From Ophelia neglecta (lineage: Eukaryota), in the NCBI GenBank assembly GCA_965285935.1, contig OZ260666.1, forward strand, positions 52,328,001-52,392,000: DNA of 64,000 nt, written 5' to 3'. Positions 13,701-27,462 of the stretch are shown piece after piece. Every line of letters starts with the position of its first letter. Positions within the stretch are counted from its first letter, which is position 1. The notes beneath the pieces were generated by a model, which saw nothing but the letters and a program-made list of their open reading frames with translations, made no database searches and was not told where the DNA came from. A program made the position numbers and the translations under genes.

Positions 13701-16700
13701 TTCTAGGCTTGCCACCTGAAATGACCAATTTACTTATTTTCAACTTCAAGAAATGAAGCCACCTTTATAAAAGATGATAAAGACTGTGTTGTGATGTTCA
13801 AAGTGGCTGTTGGAAACCTGGTTTGAAGTAGGAGGGAAGCTGAGCAGCTTAGCAGGATGTAATGTACCTAGTCCTGTCAGCCGTGTATGTGTCACCTGCC
13901 ACTAGACACTTAATTCTGCATTATGGCTATTTATTGTGGACCCATTACATTCAGGCTGTGGGTTCCATGTAATTTCTGCTTCAGGCCCAAGAAGCCTTCA
14001 TGCCAGAATCACCATCTTGTTGTGAATACCTAATTTATAGCACTTGGAGCTGCAGACTTTCCCTGAGGTTGGTTTGGAGGCCAAACAGGAAATGCTAAGT
14101 TCTTTTTCTAGTTTATTGGCCTGTGGCTGGAATCGATAGCTGATTTTAAGTGCCCGTAATTGGTCTCGTCTTTGTGTTTTGAGCCATTCGTGATTGATCA
14201 GTTTTTTCTTTAAACTATTTGGTGTTAATATTCTGGAAGCTGTGTGTTCTGGACTGGGTTCAGGATGCTTTCTGGTCAGTGTCTTATGGTCAGGATTGTT
14301 TTCACAGCGACATGTCAAGGCAAAATATCAATGGTTTGCCTTGGACAGCAGTCAAAATGATAGTATGTGATGCATGCTAACATCATTTAAACATTCTGTG
14401 TCTCAGGGGAAAATGATATACACCATAAATGGAGAAGTGCAGACATTTTTCCCTTTCACTTGCATTAAAAAAAATAGATTCTTAGTGACAGACAGATGGT
14501 CTTCCTAGGCATACTGAGATCATTTGGACAGGAGCACAGAGAAGGAGGTATGTGGCTTTATTGAACTCTCCGGGCATAGTTGGTGTAATAAGGCTGTGAA
14601 GAATCCATTCTGAGACCTCTATTGGGAATGACCACTTGAAGATTATCGTTTGGCTGGCTTTATCTTGACTGATTGGTGTTGGTCCCTGGAACTTTGTCTT
14701 ATCTGCTACCAAAATCTATTGAGTGGTTTAACCAGGCCAATCCCAGTCCATTGATGACCAGAGATTGAACTGTGATCAGAACAATACACCCAGCCTCCAC
14801 CACTCTGGTGTGCTTTCCTCTGGTCATTAATTTGCATCAGGAAGTGAGTGACCAGACGGGGTGAGTAGTATGACGAGCTATCAGTTCAGGAAAGCAGATG
14901 GAGCTGTTCAGGTGGTGAGGGTATAGGCTCAGTTCAAGTATATGGTCTCCGGCTAGAGCTGCCTTCTTTACTGATATGATAGCATGAGGTTTGGGTGGCA
15001 TGGAGAGAGACAAGATCGGGCGTTCTGTATGCTGGTGGCCAAAGAGACTGAACTGGATTGCAATGCCAGTCCTGGCTGTTTTCTGTATGACATTAACAAT
15101 TTGTTCATAACGCACAATTTATTAACAATGTATTCCCCACTTAATCATTTATACACCAGTCATTGTGAAATAGTTAATTTAAATGATAAGTTGAATGAGA
15201 TGAGAGAGTACGAACCAGGGAAGTCAAGAAGGAGGTCAGATGAATAATTTTAATACTTGTTATGTTTAACATGTTTATGTCATTTTATATCATGTTAATC
15301 TGATGCTAGCTGGTTTTCTGTTTAAAGTAATCAACCAGTCAAATGAGTTGTGGTTTGTATAAACTAGGATTGTTCAATTGCAAAAGAAATGTGCCCTTAT
15401 TCAGCCACCAATCTGGCTGTGACGTCCTTCACACATGCTGCTCAATCTGATTTGTTGATGTGAAACCAGTAACTAGCCAGTCTATTTCTAGGCGACCACC
15501 AGTCATATGAGCAGCCTTACTTGTGTTAGTAATTAAGTTTGCTATTTGCATACCTTGCTACAAACTACATGTAACAGGCTTTGGGCCATAATGAGCAGAA
15601 GACAAAATAAGGCAACTGGCTCTCCACTGTGATAATCCTGGCAACACCAAAGGCTTGGCTTTTAGTATCAGGATGACTGCTGCATACAGTACTATCATGA
15701 AAGTCTTAAGAATATGTTAACAATGAAAATGTACAGATTTGCATCAAGAGTACAGCCATTGTATGGGCCTCACCGTGGCAGTGGTGCTCTTCTGCTCGTC
15801 ATATTAGGACTCAAATGTCGATGACCTAGTTAATGCTTTGCTCTTGATTTACAGCTAAATCTTGATAGTTCAGGGCAAATGACACATTCAGGATAGAAAG
15901 CAAGAATGTAGTTGAGAAATATCATCTTATTTGAACTCAAACCTTTTTGCCTGCTAGCCCATCTGCTTCATGTCAGTTGAGCACAACCCAATAATTCTCA
16001 CCAGGAACTTTAAAGTAGGTTAAGGAAACCTGTCAGCTGTGGTTTCTGGTGGCGGTGAGAGGTGAGCTCTGGCTCTTTTGCCTCAGTTTCATGTAAGACC
16101 TGCCACAGTTTTCTGTTAGCATGTTTAATAATGCCACAATTGGTTTGTGGCTAGGTGTCTTGCGGTACTAGGCCAAACACAATGAATGACCTATTTGAAG
16201 ACACATATCAGTATTTATTACCCTATTTTTATAACTTTATGTACATGTAGCTGACTGTACAAATACTGTATTTTTCAATGAAGGACTTGTCATTGGGTGA
16301 TTGCACACTTGAGTACTGTGTTCCTGCGTATATAAATAAGACTTCTGATGATGACTGGCCAGTGCCAGTCAGAGTCACAGACTTAACATAACTCTGAGTT
16401 GGCTGTGCATGGGTCAGACATTTGTGCTTGGGCCTAGGCAGTAGATAGTTCAGAGTTCTTGGTTTGAGATCAGGCATTGCCCACATGTAGGTCAGAGAGT
16501 TGGCCGCATGAGAGAGCCGAGCCCATATCACCTCAACACCTGTCCAGATGTACACCAACTACACTGTTATGGTACATTCCCCCGGAAATTCTTGGTCCGC
16601 TCTTGAAATTCTGAGCTGAAAGCAGGAAGAGGGAATCATTATATGAAGCTCTCATTCCTGTGATACATTCAATTGCTTTGCTTTTTACAGTTTTTATTTG

Positions 16701-19700
16701 CATATTTCATGCGCTGTGGCACTTAATGGTATTAATAATGGAATTTACATGTTTGATTTTATTTGTGTAGACAAAGGAAGAAGAACCACAGTCCATTACA
16801 TTAGGCATCCTTTAATCCCCCCCATCTCTCCTCATTCCTTCCTCCATTAAGGTCCTTGATCAATAGAGCAAAGCTGAGATAGTAGCTGTGATTGTTGAAT
16901 GTGATCACCCCAGTTTGTGTGAGGTCTCTCTGCCAGAGTTCAGGGCCCCAAAGCACAGGATTGGCCCCAAGAGCTGCCTTCCCTCAGTTTTTACTGAATA
17001 GTACGGTAATTCTACCATCTCACTCCAGGTGGGCACTCATAAATTGTGCAGGAGTTATCTGAAGCGGTCACAGCAGTAAAGCTGTACGCAGGAAGCACAT
17101 CTCTGCCCTGGGCAAACAACATATTTAACTCTCCGGAGTGGAGTCTTCTGAACCTGGATGGTTTATGTTTTCAATGGATTTATCAGTTTTCTGTTTGAAC
17201 ATACTGTGAAATATAAAAATTGAGCACACGTTGAGGGGTGCCAAACAGCTTGTTTGTCAAGAACCAGGAGAAGATCAGTTGAGGAATTCAAGTCATTCGG
17301 TAGAGGATTTCTTTCTTCATCTGGCTGTGTACGTGTATACCTGGCTGGATTTTGGGCCAATGAGTTTTTAATGTTTTAATGTTAACTATTGGGCAAGTCG
17401 GTTATATCAGTACAAGCTAACTTGTGAACTGTTTGAATTGCTGATAAAGTGAGATGTAGAAATATGGTAAGCTTGCAACCCTACTAGTCCGGAGTTATCA
17501 TTGTGGATATGACACATGTAGCCAAGTTGTTTGTATCTATAGAATCAATACTTGGTTTTAACATGTAGATTGAGGGCATGCCCTTGGCTTGTAAAGCTGG
17601 AAGGGACAGGCTTGGTTATCTGATGGTGGCATGGGGTGGCTGGGAGTTACTCTGCCTGGAGAATGACTGGCTGGCCTGCAGAGCACACTTCAAGTAGAGT
17701 TAGTGGTGTGTCTGCCAGGCGTTCATCCATTAGGTTTAGTTTGGAAACCTTCTGGAGAGCTCTTCTACAGGAGAAATTCAAACCTACTTCTCCATGTTAT
17801 ATAGCAGGCATTCAGTACAGCCAGGGTTCAGCCAGGGTAGTGACCACTCACGTTGGTATATCTGTCACCTTCTGATGGCTTATTAGTGTGGGCCGGGCAG
17901 GAGGGTGCCTCTACTAGTAGACTTGGTGCCTTCTTAGTAGTTATTATACTGGTGTGGTTGGTATTAGACAGTCCCTATGTTAGTACAGTTATGTTTGTGC
18001 AGTTGGTGCCTACTTTACTTAATCTCGTGAGGTAGGTGCCTGCCAGTGCCTCAAAGTCACAGATATTAGTTGGTGCCCCTACTCGTAATACTTTACTAGT
18101 GGAGTGGGTGGCCATTCTAGAGGTGGAGTTGTCCAGGTTTAATGCTCTCTCTGTAGTTGATAACTTGCCTGGGTATTTTTCTGGCAGGAATGGTGGCCGC
18201 CAGCCTGAGAGTTACGATTGGAACTGGGTGTTGAGACTGATCTATCTTACTGTCTGGCCTCAAGGCCTAATGTATCAGCATTCAGCACAACGGGCAATTA
18301 AAGCATCTATATAATCTGTTATTTGTATAAATCAATTATATTATCTTATAACACAAAGGGGGGCTACAAAGCTTATATGTATACACATGTATCAGTGTAT
18401 TTCATAGTTATCATTTGAAGTCGTCCTTCTTTCTGTGTGAACAGTATTTCGTTAGGATTTGTCTGTCCAGACTTGATCAAACATGTTCTCCTACCACATG
18501 CTCCGTCCATATCTAAGCACACTTCATCCAGAGAGCCCTCTTTCTGTAAACTTATGTTGATCAAATCCCTGGAGTTGGACCTTCTTGGTAGATATCAAAT
18601 GGGTATTATGTAAGTGCTGTATGTCTAGTTAGGTAAGATAATTGTTCAATTAGTCCAAATGAGTGGGGGACTGGCCCCTGTTAGTGGCAGCCTGGCTGTG
18701 GGTTAGATGTCTGTGTAAATGAGGCTGTTGTTGCTGTGTCTGGATGTAGAGCCGAGCCTCCCTGTCCATTACTCTCTGGTGATATCAGCACAGCAGATAG
18801 CTATCAATCCTGTCAGTTCTCAGAATAGTGGCAAGTTGGCAAACCACTCTACCACATCCTAGGAGCACTACCTAACTACTTGAAAATCTATCATTTTTAA
18901 AAGATTTTCAGGACCTTGGATATCATTTTTATTTCAAGTGGATTATATTGTTTTTTGACTGGTGTATGGTTTCTTTTAAACCTGCTTGCACTGAGCAGGG
19001 GATTAGTTTGGATCAGTCTTATTCATATTGATGTCAAGTTTTGTGCACTCCCCTTGAGGGTTGGCAGCAGGTGGGAGCAAGGCTTATTTCTAGGAAGTTG
19101 ATGTTTCTGTGTTGATGATGATCTGACCTGTTGCTGCCTTGCCCTGTTCCCCAGGTACAGAGATCTCTCCACTGTGTCCATTGTGGTCAGCTTTTCTTGC
19201 TCTCTCCTCTTCGCCTAGCAGTTATGCTCAGCTCAAACGGTAGACAGTATTTTTTTCAGGCCAACTTTCTTTTTTGTTGGGTTTTTTGGTAAATAATTTA
19301 CTTAAGTATCATGGTCAGATTTACTTGGAAATGTGAAATGCTTCCAACACAGTGAAATATATGTAAGAGCCAGCCAGGGAGTTCTGATTCTTTATGTCAA
19401 TAGAAACATAAAAAGTCAAAACTTCCTGTGTGGTCACAACAGATACTTAATTACATGTAGCTCCTGTCATTCAGAAATATTATAAGCTGGCAATGAGAAA
19501 CTTCTTGTGTGATCACAACAGGTACAAGACTGGCATGTACTTACAATTCCAGGAATAGTTAAAGGTGGCAATGAGATGAGTGTTGTGTGCGCCATATTAT
19601 CACAATCCACAGTAGATATTAACAGCCTTGACACTAACTGTGCTGTGGCCATGGATATACACACTTACTGGTAGTGTAAGGCATTGACGCAGATCTCCCC

Positions 19701-20319
19701 TGGAGATTCTTGGAAAACTGCAGAATTCAAATTGAGAGGCAACAATAGCAGTCTACATACAAAGTTGTTCCACACTTGTTGATTATATAGGCTCGAGTTA
19801 AACAATGAAGTGCATTGAAAAGGAGAATGACCTAGCTAATCCACTAGCTATAGATACTGTGCCTATCTGGGAGATAGTGGCCAAGTGCTTCCCTCGGTGA
19901 TATAGCTAAGCTTTATGATTAGAGCTCTCCACCATCAGGACCGACACTCTCCGAGTTAAACCCAACCCAAGCCACAACACCCTGGGCTGTGGTCTCAGAA
20001 CACAATCACTCTCAAATAGAGCTGTGGCCTGGCCCTGGCTTCATCACCGCCCTCTGCCACCTTTATATCTTCAAGTTGGCTTGTGGTTCCTTGCCAGTCG
20101 CTGGCAGAATTGCAGAAAGCAGAACAATTACATGTTGGTAAATATGATGTATTAGTGTGCACACATCAAAGTATACTGGAGAACACAGCAGTTGGATGGA
20201 CTGCCTGAAGACTCGCTTATAGCAGGAATAGTGTTCTATATACTTCATATTTGGATTACATTGACTGCTGTCATTCATATTGTAATATGTCACAAAATTG
20301 GGGTCCACTTTTTGCTAAA

Positions 20320-20409
20320 ATGATGGGTAGACATTGGCGAAGAAAAAGGAAGGGCTCCAGAAAAGATATAGAGAAAATTACAGATGGAGAAAAAGGCAAA
20401 GAAAAACAG
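20320..20409 (+). CDS. TRIO: Candidate alternative first coding exon (SH3+GEF2 Trio isoform)
   Basis: aaaATGATGG start, 30 codons MMGRHWRRKRKGSRKDIEKITDGEKGKEKQ, then a strong donor CAG|gtaaga in phase 0 matching the SH3 exon acceptor at 32124. Purine-rich. Absent from the ORF track. Confidence 0.6.
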
Positions 20410-22814
20410 GTAAGAACCAGCGTCTGAAAACTAATACAACACGTGTTTAACCATTTTTCTGTTAGTTTTCGTTTTTTAATACTTGGACCGAGTGCTTTTT
20501 AAGGACTTTCATGTAACAAACTCAGGATACGATAGCTAGAAAACATGTTTGGAATCACCACAGTGTACAAAATATTTCTCCTACAACTGTACAGCCACTT
20601 GAAGGAATGTAGTGGGATGTACATGACTTGTGTATCATTATAACCATACAGTACATGTATATGATGTGAATATCCTGAGTGATAATGTTACATCATGTGT
20701 ATCGTGGGTGTATTAGACCTGCATGCATAGACTTACAACTGAATAATCTATGACTGTTGATAAGAGCCTCCATTATCCTAGGTAGGCAGTGTACTGGGCA
20801 GCTATCTTCAAACATTATCATTGTACATAGTCATCTGTTTGAGCTAGTGCCACCCTGGACATGGATGATGTATGACAATCATCCACCTTAATATCCCATA
20901 AATAATAGAAGACTGGAGAGAAATGATGGACCATACCATGATAACAACAAATTACTTTGCATGAATGTAATTTGGCTGCTTTTAAGATAGATAACTAAAT
21001 TACAGTTTACTGATTGATGGGTTTTAGGGCCTACTGGCTATTTTCATCTTTTCAAGGTTTCTAAATCATTTAATTTGTTTAAAAAATCTCAGAGTAATCA
21101 AGAAAAACATAAGCGTGGGACTCTTTGTTAGTACAAATAGAAAGTAGTACACTACTATAAAGACAACAGAATACAAGATTTAAAGGAGCACACTCATTCT
21201 TTGATTATAACTGATTGAAGACTAGCCCTTTACCACACTAGAACTTCATGACCTACATTATATGTTATCAAAATGCATCTGTCACATAGGTCTTTCACCT
21301 AGGTAGGCATTTCTGCTGCCTGAATTGGCCTTCATGCTTGACCATGTTTTACGTGAGAGGAACTGCTCGTCATTAGGTCATTTTAAAGAAAGCATCATCA
21401 TTTCTACCGTCGAATGGCCTAGAGACTTGTATTTTCTTTATAACCTAATCTAGACTAGACTTTCCTGACATCTATTTTAGCCCTGGAGTCTGTTAGACTT
21501 TCCTGACAAATATGGAGGAGTGGGGCAGAATGCGTATTTTTCTTGGCCTGTGTTTTGCAGAAAAATAAATCTTTGTGGACCCTGAAATAGTCATTTTATT
21601 CACAGTAAATTGCAAAACAAGTATGGTGTGTGAATCATGAAAGGGAATTATAATTTCTTGTGAATAGTGAATGAAACTGCTGACAAAAGTTGATTTCTAA
21701 TTGATGGGAACCCTGAAAGGGAATTTATTTCCCGTTAACTGTGATACACCTCACCCCTATGCATCCCCTTTATATTGTGGCATTCCTGATGTATACCGAA
21801 GCCCTACTACACTACTTGCCTGATATACCTGAAACACAATAGATGGCAAGAGAGATAACACTGCCCAGCTATATTTTCTTGGCCAACATCCTTGCACTCA
21901 CAATACTTTCCAGACAAACCTTGAAGCAATGAACTTAGTCTGCCATAAGATGTAGGTCTGAACATCAAACCATGTATGTATATTTATTTATTTATAGTGG
22001 TATGTACAAAGGTAATATTGACAATAATTTTAACCATATGATTGTACCCAGCGTATATATAAAGAACAGAATTGGTGGAAGTACTGAGGATGCTGGTCGA
22101 ATAAACATACACGTGCATGCTTACTATATATAGCTTGACAACGAATATATTTTCAACAAATTTTAAAATCAATTGGTGATTCATACACCCCCTCCCATGA
22201 CCTCCCCCCCCCCCCCCCCCCCGGGCACCTGACTTATTTTATTATTAGTGGACAGAAATTAACTGCACACAATGTTCATCGTGTCATTGTTTGACTTATC
22301 CAGTCTCATAAGCAGAGGGGTCACCACCTGTTGCACGCTGTGCCAAAACGACAACGGTGGCATTGTCACATGACAACACAACAACACTGAGACACACATG
22401 GATTTTGTAGTCGCTTTAGAGGGGTTATCAGTTTAGAGAGATTGTAGTCAAACTGATCAACTTGCCATTTTTCATAGCGGAATATAGAGAGTAAATGTCA
22501 GAAAAGGCACTCCCAAAAAAACTAAAAAATGTCTTTTATTCTGATACCCACTTAATTTTGTACATAAACAACTATTGCTTTCAGAAATGCTGTCTGTAAT
22601 TTCTTGGCAATGAAGGGTTTCGATTTGTCATGAACTAGAATAAGTTGTGTTTAATTCTCTTGACTTTGGACAAAATATTCTGATTCGTTGAGATTAGGAA
22701 AATTCCCTATTGTCAACGCAATATGAAAATGGATACATTACAAGATTGGCCTATTTTAATACCCTAATCTTAAACTGGCGACCTCTCTGACCCTGTCAAA
22801 ACTGGACAGCTGGA

Positions 22815-23185
22815 ACCTGTGACTGAGGACTTCCCTCTAGCTGTAACAGGGGACTGGGGTCTTACCTCTAGCTGTAACAGGGGACGCGGGACCTCCCTGT
22901 AGCTGTAGCAGGGGACTGGGGACCTCCCTGAAGCTGCTGTAACCAGTGACTTGGGACCTCTCTGTAGCTGTAACAAGGGACCTCCCTGTAGCTGTAACAT
23001 TGGACTGGGGACCTCCCTGAAGCTGCTGTAACCAGTGACTTGGGACCACCCTGTAGCTTTAACAGGGGACTAGGGACTTCCATCTAGCTGAAACAGGGGA
23101 CTGGGGACCTCCCTGTAGCTGTAACATGGGACTGAGGACCTCCCTGAAGCTGCTGTAACCAGTGACTTGGGACCTCCCAGTAGCT
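22815..23185. repeat. About 31-bp minisatellite GGGGACTGGGGACCTCCCTGTAGCTGTAACA with longer variants
   Basis: Direct reading. Confidence 0.88.
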
Positions 23186-23544
23186 TATTAAAAATTGAGT
23201 GTTTCAAAACTCTTTTTTCCCAATTTGTTGTCTTACTATCTTTTTATAAACCTTTACTAATACTTTGTAATTGGAGCAGGGATCTCTGATCCATACACCT
23301 AGAAAGTTATTACAGAATGAAGCTCGATAAAATATTACGGATACCTTTACTACATTTTAATATTAATTAGACATAAAAGGGTCCACAGTGCCTAAGTTTC
23401 ATTAAGCCCAAAAATCCAAATCCAATCTTAACATAAATAAACACAATTCTGATACTTACATAAAATATACCCTACCTAAAGACACTAAATGGCCTACATG
23501 GTGCTTATGTGAAGTTAAAGTTTTAAAAAATCCGAATCCTCTCT

Positions 23545-24040
23545 GTAGCTGTACTCTTGGAGTTGGGACCTCCTAGTTATTGGTTGTAATCTGGGACTGG
23601 GGTTTTCCCTGACCCTGTCAGATTTGGACATTGGTGTAACCTGGGAATAAGGACCTCCCTGGAGCTGCAACCTGGGACTGGGTACCTGACGGTGGCTGTT
23701 ACCTGGGACTGGGGACCTGACGGTGGCTGTTACCTGGGACTGGGGACCTGACGGTGGCTGTTACCTGGGACTGGGTATCTAACGGTGGCTGTTACCTGGG
23801 ACTGGGTACCTGACGGTGGCTGTTACCTGGGACTGGGGACCTGACGGTGGCTGTTACCTGGGACTGGGTATCTAACGGTGGCTGTTACCTGGGACTGGGT
23901 ACCTGACGGTGGCTGTTACCTGGGACTGGGGACCTGACGGTGGCTGTTAGCTGGGACTGGGTACCTGATGGTGGCTATTACCTGGGACTGGGTACCTGAC
24001 GGTGGCTGTTACCTGGGACTGGGTACCTGACGGTGGCTGT
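23545..24040. repeat. 31-bp minisatellite ACCTGGGACTGGG(G/T)ACCTGACGGTGGCTGTT, about 11 copies plus degenerate lead-in
   Basis: Direct reading. The unit is homologous to the 22815 array. Confidence 0.92.
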
Positions 24041-26269
24041 ATGCCTGTATCCTAGGTTTGAGGAACTCCCTGACCCCATCAAAACAGGCCATAGCCGCCT
24101 CTGCTTGGCAAACTCTCGTCAGCATGCCTATAGTCAGCCGCTAGTCAGATAATTATCTGTCAGCTCCAAATGGAGCCGGGTGGATATTTCAGTGTTGAGT
24201 TCATTGGCAGGACTCTTGCAGCATTTCGGAATGGCCTGACCTCTCTGGGGAGTTCCGAAAATAGCGGCATATCAAGCAGCATTGATCACTAGACATCACT
24301 CACATTGCCCGTGTTCAACCACCAGCCCATCAAAGCAATGTTTTAACTTTACCTACCAAACACACATTGGACAGGAATCCATCAAAAATATTGATTCCAC
24401 CCATCAAATACCGGGCAGAATATAAATGCCAGTAGGGATGAGCTAGCCAATCTTTATTAGATGCTGCCATCAGTGCTTCAATTGAAAACATTTCTTCTCC
24501 CAATTTTCATCGTTTCCGATATGATTCTGCCTTATTCTATAGGCAGTGCACCAATGTGATTAAATTGCTGCAAAATTCATGGTGTAAAATGGGTGATTTA
24601 TGGTCTAGTCAGGAATTTAACATTTTAGTATTCCTTGATGCACAGCTGCAGCAGTAGTACTGTGCCGGTGGTGCCATGCAAGCATTAACATATCCAATCA
24701 TCAACATAAACAGTATTTATTGGCCGAATGCGTTGGAAGTCTTCAGCTCTGTTCTCTGTGGTTGGCCTGCAATAAAAGTCAGCAGTCTCGCCGCGGTCTC
24801 TCTGCTTTTATTCACAGATGTATTTAAAATAAGCCACTTAGGTATACAGTTAAGTCTCTGGGTGAAGAACAGCAGAAATATTATGAGGCCACTCGAGGCT
24901 CTGGCCTAGCTCTCGCACATTACTAAGTGTCTCCATCTGGTGTGTGGACTGGACAAAATGTTAACTCAGAAAACATTACTTCACTAAACTACTTGTGATT
25001 GTTTCTTTAGCTGTTGACTATAACACATTATTGCGGCTGCCACAGAGCAATGTTTTACCTTTTAGACATCAGACAGAACTAATGTATAGATTACAAAAAG
25101 CTGTCGAAGCACCTACACTGTAACTGCGGCAGATTTTCAGTATTCAAGATACTACTGTCATGATTGACAACAACTAGACACTTTTGTGCATAGATGTCTT
25201 GTGCATGTTCATGAATAGGGAAAGGAATTCACCAACAATATGGGGGCCAAATAGATATGCCTTCAATGAGATGCCTGGGGGATTAGCCAAATATTATTGG
25301 CCTTCAGTTAGAAATGGTGAATCTTCAATGAATACCTTCACCTGAGCTTCACACTACAGTTTATTTCACATATCTTGGATTTACCTAAAGAGAACTCTCT
25401 TGACCACAATAACTCCTGTCCTGTCCTGTTTATTAATGTATTTTCCTTCAACTGTGTATTTCAAAAGTGACAGTTTGCTACGTACAGTACAGATAACTAA
25501 GAAGTCATCACCTGTGTAATACCTTGTATCATAGTCCCGAGTAATATAAAAAGTGTACACATATATTTAAATTACATCAATACCAGTCTATATACTTATG
25601 CTGACTGGAGCTCATTCCACCATGTATACAAATGTATGTAATTTATATATAGAAGAGTATTATACAAGTATGATACACAAGACCTTTTATGTGATGAATT
25701 TATATCAATGCTTCTAAAAGTACTCTGTATATGTTTAATAAATGCAAAATAATAATAAGAAGACAACTGCAAAAGCAACCAGCATTCGGGTGTGTTCAGG
25801 TATGTAGGAATCAGGATGTAATGTAAATACAATACATGTACTGCTTTTAATCAGTGGGCAGCATGTGGAGACTGGTGTCACCACATACTGCTGTGGGGTG
25901 TGGCTGATTGGAGTAGTATAGGTTGGTGAGGTTTGAGGTGTTTGGTCCTTTAGACAACTCTTATCCATGTCTAGGAGATTGTAGATCCAGTGAGTACCTA
26001 AACCTGTTTTATTTTGTTCGAGATATCAAGGGCTATTGGCTTGAGGACCTCACTCTTTATTCTGCATAATTATTTTTATTCCACACTGTACTAATCATTC
26101 TGCACTCTTGTCCTCTGTACGTTCAGGTCAACTTGGGGCAAGCCTACACCAGTAATTCTGGTTATTAAATTTCCCCTGAAGTCAGGATGTACACGAGCAC
26201 ATATGTAACTTCTGCATTTAGTTGGTTACATTGGCTCAACTCTTGAGACAAGAGTTACTCTGGGAGTCC

Positions 26270-26800
26270 CATTCATTCCTCACTCTTCAGTTCATTCCAC
26301 ACTGTTCAATTCATTCAACACGCTGATGTCCTGTACTTTTCACACTGTTCAGTTGATTCCACCCTGTTCAGTACATTCCACACTGTTCAGTTCATTCAGT
26401 ACGTTGATTCCTGTACTTTTCACACTGTTCGGTTTATTCCAGTACCTTGTGTGTTCAGTACCTTGCGCACTTTTCAGTTCATTCCACAGTGTTTACTACC
26501 TTCCGCACTTTTTAGTTCATTCCAGAGTGTTCAGTACCTTCCGCACTTTTCAGTTCATTCCACAGTGTTCAGTACCTTCCGCACTTTTCAGTTTTTAGTT
26601 CATTCCACAGTGTTCAGTACCTTCCGCACTTTTCAGTTCATTCCACAGTGTTCAGTACCTTCCACACTTTTCAGTTCATTTCACAGTGTTCAGTACCTTC
26701 CGCACTTTATAGTCCATTCCACAGTGTTCAGTTCATTCCCCACTTTTCAGTTCATTTCACACACCGTTCTGTTCATTCTCCACTATTCTATACTCCACAC
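26270..26800. repeat. 19/38-bp dimeric minisatellite TTCCACAGTGTTCAGTACC-TTCCGCACTTTTCAGTTCA
   Basis: Direct reading; degenerate edges. Confidence 0.88.
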
Positions 26801-26994
26801 AGTCCTGTGCAAACCATACTGTTTATCTGCTCCATGATGGGTCCCGCCCTATGTTTACAAGGTCACTCAGTCTGAAGATTGGGCTGAGGTAATGGCACAC
26901 ACCCCAGGACAGCACTCTCTCCTGTCAACAATAAGTAACTCCAGATAAATTTCTAGTCCAAAAAAGATCACCTGGTATCAAAATGCTAGCTTGG

Positions 26995-27462
26995 ATAGGA
27001 GAAATTGTGGCCTCAGTAGGAGAAAAGCTCGTTGGGGTAGGAGAAATTCTTTCCAAAATAAAAGAAAAATGGTCTAGGTAGGAAAAATGCTTCCTGGGGA
27101 AGGAGAAATGTAGCCAGGTTAGGAGAAAGGCTTCCTGGTATAGGAGTAATTTGACTGGGTGAGGAAAAGGCTTCCTTGGGTAGAAGACATGTAACCAGTG
27201 TAGGAGAAACACTTCCTGGGGTAGGAGAAATGTTGCCGGTGTAGGAGAAACGCTTCCTGGGGTAGGAGAAATGTTACCGGTGTAGGAGAAACACTTCCTG
27301 GGGTAGGAGAAATGTTACCGGTGTAGGAGAAACGCTTCCTGGGGTAGGAGAAATGTTACCGGTGTAGGAGAAACAATTCCTGGGGTAGGAGAAATACTTT
27401 CTGGGGTAGGAGTACATGTAATGCTTACACCAGTAAGAGAAATGTGGCCGGGGTAGGAGAAA
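26995..27462. repeat. About 20/41-bp dimeric minisatellite GTAGGAGAAACGCTTCCTGGG-GTAGGAGAAATGTTACCGGT
   Basis: Direct reading; degenerate edges. Confidence 0.88.

Noticed and set aside
21511-22760. Possible decayed DNA-transposon fragments (TATGGAGG...CCCCTTTATA ends; CpG-richer patch)
   Set aside because: Termini are too degenerate and there is no transposase ORF; cannot be supported without a repeat library.
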